DNA of 30,971 nucleotides from a virus (lineage: Duplodnaviria > Caudoviricetes), in the IMG/VR virus record IMGVR_UViG_3300037313_000273, positions 1-30,971 of that record, one strand, 5' to 3'. The notes under the pieces are model-generated. The model worked only from the letters and a program-made list of their open reading frames with translations. It had not been told where the DNA came from and did not search any database. Position 1 is the stretch's first letter; the number at the start of each line of letters is the position of its first letter. Shown here in pieces: positions 24,621 to 30,971 of the stretch. The position numbers were made by a program, and so were the translations under genes.

Positions 24621-26690
24621 ATGAGCTTCCTCGCTCTACTGCTGCAGGCCGGCAAGGCGGTGCTGAAGATCGTCGCCGTCCAGGTCCTGACGAATGCGCT
24701 CTCGGGCCAGAAGCACCCGAAGACGCAGGCGCAGGAATACCCGCTCAACCAGTCGGTCGTGCCCGCGCTCAACTTCGTCGGCGGCTATTCCAAGACGGGC
24801 GGGGCGTACGTGTTCCGTGAGGCGCGAGGCGACCTGTTTGCAACCATCCAAGCCATCAGCTACGACCGTCTCGACAGTTTCGAGTCCTTTTGGCTCGCTG
24901 GCGACAAGGTAACGATTGACGGCAGTGGTGTCGTCACCTCCGTCAGCAATGGCGGGACTGCGATCACGGACGGGCGATACACCGACAGCCCGGCCAAGTG
25001 CTACATCCTGACCCGGCTGGGCGCTGCGACGGAAACGGCCTATTCCGAGGTTACGAGCGCGTTCAGCGATCTATGGGACAGTTCGTGCCGCGGCGACGGC
25101 ATCGGCTCGATGTGCGTCCTGCGCTATGCGGGCAACACCAAGTATCAGCCGAAGATTTGGCCAAACGGCGCGCCTGAGGCCACATGCTCGGCGCGCGGCG
25201 TCTGCTACGACTGGCGCTATGACAGCACGGCTGGAGGCTCGGGTAGCCAGCGCAGGGACGACGACACGACCTGGCAGTGGAGCGCCAACCCGATTGTCTG
25301 GCTTGTCCACAAGGAGTGGACGGCATGGGGCAGGGACTGGGACGAAGAAATCGCCCCCGTCCTATCCGACCTGACGGATGAGGCGGATTGCTGTGACGAG
25401 GGCGTATCCAAGTATGGCGGTGGCACCGAACCGCGATACAGGGTTGCGTTCAACTATTTCGATGACGAGGACATTGCGACCACGCGCACCCGGATCCTGG
25501 ACGCGATGGACGGCTACTACACCGACGACGGCCTGGGCCGCCTCGTCGTCAAGGCCGGTCGCTATGACGATCCGACCTTCACCGTCACGGATGACGACAT
25601 TCGCAGTCTCGACAACGACGCCGGTTATTCGTGGCGCCGGGGCGTCGCCAATGCCGATGCCGTTGACCTGATCAACATCACCTTCGTGTCGCCGGAAAAC
25701 GACTACAAGGACGCGCAATGCGACCCGTGGATCATCCAGACCGGGCGGCGTGCCTTCGACCTGAAGCTTGAAGGCGTCACATCATGGCGGCAGGCGCGGC
25801 GTCTGGCCAAGCGCAAGGCGGCGAAGCTGATGCCGACCTATACCGGGTGGGTGCGTGTCGGCTGGATGGGACGTGACGGCCTGGGCGAGCGCTTCATCCG
25901 GATCCAGAACCCGCGACAGGACAGCATGGCCGACGTTGTGTGCGAGGTCACCGGCGTCGAGTTCGATCCAGAGACGCTGACCTTCGTCTATTCGGTCATC
26001 AGCGCCGTGTCCAATATCGACGACTGGAACCCGGCCACGGAGGAAGGAACGGCGGTTGGGACTGTGGCAGGGTCTGGCTATGAGGCACTCTCCACGCCAA
26101 CGATTGATGACGCCACGGCCGTGTTCAACGATCCGACCACGTGCACCATCAGCATCGACGCGTCTGGACCGAGCCGCAGCGACATCACCTGGTCGGGCCG
26201 CTGGCAGGTGACTGGCGACGCGACGTGGAGCGAGTTCACGGACACGTCTGTTACCGGAGGGTCGGTGACGATCACGACCGGCATCGTGCCGGTCAATGCG
26301 TCGATCGACGTTGAGGTCAGCTATCGTGCCGGGTCTACGCCGTCCGACTGGTCGACGGCAACAACGGTTTCAACATCGGCCGCAGCGGTTGCGCCGGCCG
26401 CGCCGACAAGTCTGACCCTCGATGCCTCCACCGCCGGGCAAGTGGTGGCGACATGGCATAACCCGACGAGCAGCAACTTCTACGGCACCAGACTGTGGCG
26501 TGCCGCCCATAGCGCAGGTTTCGGCTCTGCGACGGACGTGTCCGGGCTCAAGACCGGGGCCGCCAACAGCACGGGCAGCTACACGAACACCGGCATAGCG
26601 GCCGGCGCATACGATTTCTGGGTCACGGCTGAGAACAGTTCGGGTGCGCAAAGTTCGCCCTACGGCCCCGTGACAGCCACCGTCACCTAA
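24621..26690 (+). CDS. Tail tip/central tail fibre protein with C-terminal FN3/Ig-like domains
   Basis: CYDWR...QRRDDDTTWQWSANP...YRV...ILDAMDG...QARRLAKR, and C-terminal APAAPTSL...VVATW.NP...GAYDFWVTAENSSG..S. Confidence 0.85.
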   Translation: MSFLALLLQAGKAVLKIVAVQVLTNALSGQKHPKTQAQEYPLNQSVVPALNFVGGYSKTGGAYVFREARGDLFATIQAISYDRLDSFESFWLAGDKVTIDGSGVVTSVSNGGTAITDGRYTDSPAKCYILTRLGAATETAYSEVTSAFSDLWDSSCRGDGIGSMCVLRYAGNTKYQPKIWPNGAPEATCSARGVCYDWRYDSTAGGSGSQRRDDDTTWQWSANPIVWLVHKEWTAWGRDWDEEIAPVLSDLTDEADCCDEGVSKYGGGTEPRYRVAFNYFDDEDIATTRTRILDAMDGYYTDDGLGRLVVKAGRYDDPTFTVTDDDIRSLDNDAGYSWRRGVANADAVDLINITFVSPENDYKDAQCDPWIIQTGRRAFDLKLEGVTSWRQARRLAKRKAAKLMPTYTGWVRVGWMGRDGLGERFIRIQNPRQDSMADVVCEVTGVEFDPETLTFVYSVISAVSNIDDWNPATEEGTAVGTVAGSGYEALSTPTIDDATAVFNDPTTCTISIDASGPSRSDITWSGRWQVTGDATWSEFTDTSVTGGSVTITTGIVPVNASIDVEVSYRAGSTPSDWSTATTVSTSAAAVAPAAPTSLTLDASTAGQVVATWHNPTSSNFYGTRLWRAAHSAGFGSATDVSGLKTGAANSTGSYTNTGIAAGAYDFWVTAENSSGAQSSPYGPVTATVT

Positions 26691-26709
26691 TCCCGCGACA
26701 GGACAATAC

Positions 26710-29238
26710 ATGACCACCAATATCCTGCCGATTACGCGGGGGACTACCCCTGCCTATTTCACGCTGACCTGGCCTGAGAGCGCCACCGGCCCGGATGGGT
26801 TGACCGACTGCTCCGTTGATGTCTTCGAACCGTCAGCCGTCCTTGCCGAGGAAGGCGTGCTGTCTCTGGACATCACCGACGCGGACGCGCGCGTCATCAC
26901 CGGCACGCTTACCCTGACCGATGATCAGTGGGCCACGTTCCCACCGAGCACCTATTTCACGGCGCGGGTCATATATCTTGGCGGGACCAAGCAGGCGTGC
27001 GAGCGCATCCAGCTTCAGACGACGGTCGGAAACCCGGCCGGCGTCGTGTCCGAAGCACCAAACCTTGCCGTTGCGCTACAGGCTGGCAGTGGGCCGGGAT
27101 ACAAGGGCTGGTCGCCGGTTCTTGCCAACGTCGAGGTCGATGACGCCACCGTTGTCCAACAGGTCACGGACTGGACCGGCGGGCAGGGCGCAAAGCCTGA
27201 CACCGGCCAGTACATCGGATTTGACGGCCTAGTCGATAATGTTGCCGACGCAAACAACATCCGCGGCGACGTCACGCCAGCGGCTACCCTGGCAAAGGAT
27301 CAGGCGGTGGCGGCCAAGACAGCGGCCGAAGCAGCGCGCGATCTGGCCCTGGCGCAGGGTACGCTCGTCTACAACGTGTCCAAGTTCTACCTGCCCGGCG
27401 TCGATGCCGGCACGGTCGGGCGCGTCATCCTGGACGCCGCTGGCCTTGTCATCGGCTATCAGGACACGTCCGGGCTTGAATATCGGCTCGGCAGCGACAA
27501 CACCTTTCAGCGCATCCTGCCCGAGCGCGACGGGTCTGCCTATTCGGTTACTGCTGCGAGCGTGCCTGGCTCTGGCGTGGTATCAATGGCGGTGGTCGAC
27601 GGCGACGGTCTCACCCACGGCGGCATTACCTCGCGCCGTCAACTGGTCATGACAGCTTCCGGCCCGGCTCCAGCCATGCCGCAGGGCGGAACCCAGTCGT
27701 TCGACGTCGTGATCTACGGCGCAACAATCGCCGGCATCATGGCTGCATATTGGCTCGGTCAGCAGGGCTTCAGCGTGTGCGTGCTCGAACCGACCGACTA
27801 TGTCGGCGGCGCCATTGCAGGCGGCCTGTGCTGGCAGGATTTCCCGCCTGCTGCGGTCAAGACCTCGATCCTGGCCGGAACACTGGCGGGGCAGTTCTTT
27901 CGCGCCAACCAGACCGCGCCGTACACAACTCCGTTGTCGTCGAATGGCGACCGGGGCCTTGAGCCGAAGACGGCGCAATACTTCTTGCGTGAAATCCTGC
28001 GTCGCAGCGGGGCCGTGGTCAGCACCGGCGTCCGGCTGGAGCGCGGCGATGTCCACGTCTACAACAACAAGATCACCTCCGTCATGGCCGGCGACACGTT
28101 GGTCTATGGCCGGTTCTGGATCAATGGCAGCTACGAAGGCGACCTTGGTTATCATGCCGGTGTCACCTACACGAGCGGGCGCGAGTCACAGGCGGCATAT
28201 AACGAAAGCAGGGCTGGGGTAAGGCCGGAGTACGCCTACAGCCTTGCGGGCTTTTCCGGCCTTGGCTCGCTCGTCCCGGCCTATCCGGGCGGATCGTCTG
28301 GAGACGCGGACGACAAGCTGCAATCGTTCAACTTCCGCGTCACGGCGACACAGGCCAGCGACCGTCTGCCGTTCCCGCGCCCGGCCGGATACAATTCGTC
28401 GTCCCAGCATCTGCAACTGCTGGCGCAGATGATCAGCATCAACGGCTATACCCATTTCAGCGATATCTTTGCCGGCGATCTGCTCCCCAACGGCAAGTAC
28501 GACCTCAACAACGCCAGCATCGTCGGCTGCGATTGCGTCGGGCTGAACACGGGCTATGCAACCGCCAACTGGGCGCAGCGGGATACGATTGTAGCGGCCC
28601 ACGTGCTGCAGATGCAGTCCGTTCTCTACTACCTCCAGAATGACACGCCCGTTTCCGCGCTGAAGGCCGACGCGCAGACTTGGGGCCTGTGCGCGGACGA
28701 GTTTATCGGTTCGCCCTACGGCGACGGTTGGACGCCGACGCTGTATGTGCGCGAGGCGCGGCGCATGGTCGGCATGACCGTGCTCACCCAAGCCGATCAG
28801 GAGACGGCCGCTAGCGGGGGAACACCCACCAAAGCGACCCGCTGCACGTCGTGGTCCTATGCCTTCCGCGACAAGCACGGCGTGCAGTACTACGTCGATC
28901 CGGGCGACAGCACCAAACTGCGCATGGAGGGTAACCTCGGGCGCAGCACCGACACGAACTATGTCGGCTCGCAGAGCACGGCCGCTGCCTACGACATCCC
29001 ATTCGAGGCGATGATCCCGCAGGCCGGACAAATCACCAATTTCCTTGATCCAGTCTGCCTGAGCTGCACGTCCGTCTTCCTCGCCTCGGCGCGGATGGAA
29101 GGCAACTACGGCAACCTTGGCGTCGCCGCTGCCGCGCTGGCGAAGTGGTGCCTCGTCAACGACCGGGACGCGCAGGATTACGACTACGCCACGGTCTTCG
29201 CAGATTCGCAGACCTTCACAACGCTCCTCAAGGGCTGA
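26710..29238 (+). CDS. Tail fibre/spike-type protein fused to an FAD-dependent oxidoreductase domain
   Basis: About aa 1-330 is a virion-anchor/fibre-like region. From aa 331 (nt 27700) come FDVVIYGATIAGIMAA...VLEPTDYVGGAIAGGL, INGSYEGDL...GRES, LYVREARRMVG and YDIPF..MIP...PVCLS...ARME. Confidence 0.82.
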   Translation: MTTNILPITRGTTPAYFTLTWPESATGPDGLTDCSVDVFEPSAVLAEEGVLSLDITDADARVITGTLTLTDDQWATFPPSTYFTARVIYLGGTKQACERIQLQTTVGNPAGVVSEAPNLAVALQAGSGPGYKGWSPVLANVEVDDATVVQQVTDWTGGQGAKPDTGQYIGFDGLVDNVADANNIRGDVTPAATLAKDQAVAAKTAAEAARDLALAQGTLVYNVSKFYLPGVDAGTVGRVILDAAGLVIGYQDTSGLEYRLGSDNTFQRILPERDGSAYSVTAASVPGSGVVSMAVVDGDGLTHGGITSRRQLVMTASGPAPAMPQGGTQSFDVVIYGATIAGIMAAYWLGQQGFSVCVLEPTDYVGGAIAGGLCWQDFPPAAVKTSILAGTLAGQFFRANQTAPYTTPLSSNGDRGLEPKTAQYFLREILRRSGAVVSTGVRLERGDVHVYNNKITSVMAGDTLVYGRFWINGSYEGDLGYHAGVTYTSGRESQAAYNESRAGVRPEYAYSLAGFSGLGSLVPAYPGGSSGDADDKLQSFNFRVTATQASDRLPFPRPAGYNSSSQHLQLLAQMISINGYTHFSDIFAGDLLPNGKYDLNNASIVGCDCVGLNTGYATANWAQRDTIVAAHVLQMQSVLYYLQNDTPVSALKADAQTWGLCADEFIGSPYGDGWTPTLYVREARRMVGMTVLTQADQETAASGGTPTKATRCTSWSYAFRDKHGVQYYVDPGDSTKLRMEGNLGRSTDTNYVGSQSTAAAYDIPFEAMIPQAGQITNFLDPVCLSCTSVFLASARMEGNYGNLGVAAAALAKWCLVNDRDAQDYDYATVFADSQTFTTLLKG

Positions 29239-29244
29239 CCGACC

Positions 29245-30165
29245 ATGACCAAGACAATTAACAAATACCAGTTCTCGACGCACAACGAGGACGCCATGCC
29301 GGCGACCACGGACAACACTCTGGTCGATATCCTGAACCTCAACAACCTCGTGGAGATCTGGCTGCTGGATATCTACGTCGGCTCCCTGCAGGGCATCTAC
29401 ACGAGCAAGCGCTTCGCCTGGCGCGGCATGAAGAGCGGGATCAAGTTTGAGGAGGCGGTGCCGGGCTATGCGCCCGGCCTCGCCACAGACGGCACCGATG
29501 GCAAGCCCTACCTGCGTTTCGGCTATGGCGCCAGCCAATCGAACAGCGGCAATACGCTTTCGCAAAGTGGCGGCCACAACGGCCATCTGCGCAGCCAACG
29601 CGGCACGCAGATGCTATTCTATGGTACAGGCTTCACCTTCGTCGCATTGCGCAGGACACCCATCGTTGGCGGTGTGGCAGGCACCACGCCCGGCGGCACG
29701 ATCGTCGGCAACAAACTGAACCACACCGGCACTTATGACACGGGCGTCAACATCCGCTGGTCGGGCCTTGAAGTCGGATATGCAACGGCATCGGCCGGGG
29801 AGCCTCGCATCTGCTTAAACGGCGACGCCAGATACCAGGGCGTTAATTCCACTGATTTGGAGACGCGCGACGGCCTCTGGCACATCGACGCCGGCCGCTG
29901 GGATTACAGCGGCTCTCAGTCAATGAATTTCCGGATGGATGGAGTAGACCGTGGCGCCAGCGATCCCGGCGGCTCGATATACGACCTGAACACGACCACG
30001 GGCGCTACCGAACTGCGGATCGGCGCCACCGGCCTGCTCAACAGCGGCTCCTATGACGTGCTCCTTGCCGGGGATGTCCGCGCCGTGGCGGTGCTCAAAG
30101 GTTCCGTGCTGAGCGAGTGTCAGCAGGTTGAGGCTTACTTGGCCACTTTGGCGACAATCGGGTGA
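29245..30165 (+). CDS. LamG/ConA-like jelly-roll protein, probably tail-associated
   Basis: GKPYLRF...FTFVAL...GLWHI...FRMDG...ELRIG...GDVRAVAV...QQVEAYLA. Starts 6 nt after the fibre gene. Confidence 0.6.
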   Translation: MTKTINKYQFSTHNEDAMPATTDNTLVDILNLNNLVEIWLLDIYVGSLQGIYTSKRFAWRGMKSGIKFEEAVPGYAPGLATDGTDGKPYLRFGYGASQSNSGNTLSQSGGHNGHLRSQRGTQMLFYGTGFTFVALRRTPIVGGVAGTTPGGTIVGNKLNHTGTYDTGVNIRWSGLEVGYATASAGEPRICLNGDARYQGVNSTDLETRDGLWHIDAGRWDYSGSQSMNFRMDGVDRGASDPGGSIYDLNTTTGATELRIGATGLLNSGSYDVLLAGDVRAVAVLKGSVLSECQQVEAYLATLATIG

Positions 30166-30192
30166 CGCGGGAAGCGCCACCCCTGTCAGTGG

Positions 30193-30969
30193 CTACTCGG
30201 GCAGGTAGTCGCGCCACTCGCGCGATTTGGGCATCCCGTACTTGTACCAGAGATTGCCGTAATACTGCGTCCGCTGTGTGACCAAGTGATTGTAAGCGGC
30301 CTTGACCGCGTGCATGGTGTCGTTGGCGGGTGAGAAGACAACGATGCTGTTATTCTTTGGTTGTTGCTTCTGAACGTCGCACCAGGCCCACGGCACCCAA
30401 CAACGGTCATAGTCCGGATTGTTCTTCCAGAACTCCTGAACATACTGCCACTCCGGCTTGAAGGTCAGATAGCGGGTGTGGATGTCGATCTCTTCGGAGT
30501 TCGGCGCCGGGTTCAAATTCAGCATAAAAGTCAGCGCCTTTTTCCGGATGTCCGGATGGGGGCTGATTTCGTAGCCGTCCAGATACTTTTGCAGACCGAC
30601 ATCGGTCGTGACCTCTTTGCGGTTGACGCCAAACTTGTCAGCCATGGCCTGCCAGAACTTGTCGGATTTGAAGAAGTCCTCGATCTCGCGAAGGATGGTC
30701 CCTTCCCGGCTGGCCTGGAGCCGCATGGTGACGCCGTAGCCCTCGCAGAGTTCGCCCTGCTTCGGCTTACCTTGGCGGCGCCATTCCAGGTATTTCGGGA
30801 CCTCGGTCGTTGTACCGGGGAACTTGATTTCCTTGAAATTGCGCGCGTACAGCGCCTGGACCAGGGCCTCGTCGCTGGCGACGGGTGGGATATTGATCTC
30901 CGGCGCGGACACGATCTCGCGGAAGTCGTCATCGCTGAAAAAGTCGGCGATGTACAGATGCTTGAACGG
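30193..30969 (-). CDS. 2OG-Fe(II) oxygenase superfamily protein (5' end beyond the window)
   Basis: The frame is open to the window edge (PFKHLYIADFFSDDDF...). HxD in GYEISPHPD..KKALTFMLNL, distal His in NDTMHAV, and 2OG-binding Arg in QRTQYYGNLW. Confidence 0.88.
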   Translation of the reverse strand, partial: PFKHLYIADFFSDDDFREIVSAPEINIPPVASDEALVQALYARNFKEIKFPGTTTEVPKYLEWRRQGKPKQGELCEGYGVTMRLQASREGTILREIEDFFKSDKFWQAMADKFGVNRKEVTTDVGLQKYLDGYEISPHPDIRKKALTFMLNLNPAPNSEEIDIHTRYLTFKPEWQYVQEFWKNNPDYDRCWVPWAWCDVQKQQPKNNSIVVFSPANDTMHAVKAAYNHLVTQRTQYYGNLWYKYGMPKSREWRDYLPE

Positions 30970-30971
30970 AT

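Noticed and set aside
9682-26690. Gene transfer agent rather than prophage
   Set aside because: The head module is scaffold plus P22-type coat rather than the HK97-type RcGTA set, the tape measure is long, and replication and early genes are attached.
26710-30165. Diversity-generating retroelement or invertible tail-fibre cassette
   Set aside because: No reverse transcriptase, invertase, duplicated TR/VR segment or inverted crossover sites were seen in the window.
30176-30193. GCCAC/GTGGC hairpin between the convergent genes as a bidirectional terminator
   Set aside because: The stem is only 5 bp and there is no U-tract on either strand.
30193-30969. 2OG-Fe(II) oxygenase as a TET/JBP-like 5mC oxidase partnering the C5 MTase
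   Set aside because: The motif spacing looks like a generic prolyl-hydroxylase-type 2OG oxygenase. The gene is about 25 kb from the MTase, on the opposite strand, and outside the replication module.

Overview
This window is a GC-rich, probably alphaproteobacterial temperate siphovirus or prophage, almost entirely on the + strand. It opens with the end of the early/replication operon (1-8082): a SF2-helicase/amino-methyltransferase fusion, a repeat-expanded C5 cytosine methyltransferase, VRR-NUC, a second PD-(D/E)XK-like protein, a DUF1376/YdaU-type initiator containing a likely origin, and a NusG-paralog antiterminator. A putative late promoter with a structured, ops-like leader follows. The morphogenesis operon then runs: HEXXH metallopeptidase, TerS, TerL, portal, scaffold, P22-type coat, an HslV/proteasome-beta-like protease, neck genes, MuF, tail terminator, tail tube, a -1-frameshifted chaperone pair, tape measure, Dit, hub and tail tip. 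The most unusual item is the receptor-binding slot, where a tail-fibre-type anchor is fused to a whole FAD-dependent oxidoreductase domain. It is followed by a LamG-like gene and a convergent 2OG-Fe(II) oxygenase that is cut by the window edge. Several late-gene leaders carry patterned RNA structures, including three C(GAAC)G hairpins and a CCGACA/UGUCGG kissing-loop or pseudoknot. Family names come from motif recognition and gene order, not from database searches. No integrase, lysis genes, tRNA or CRISPR array were seen.
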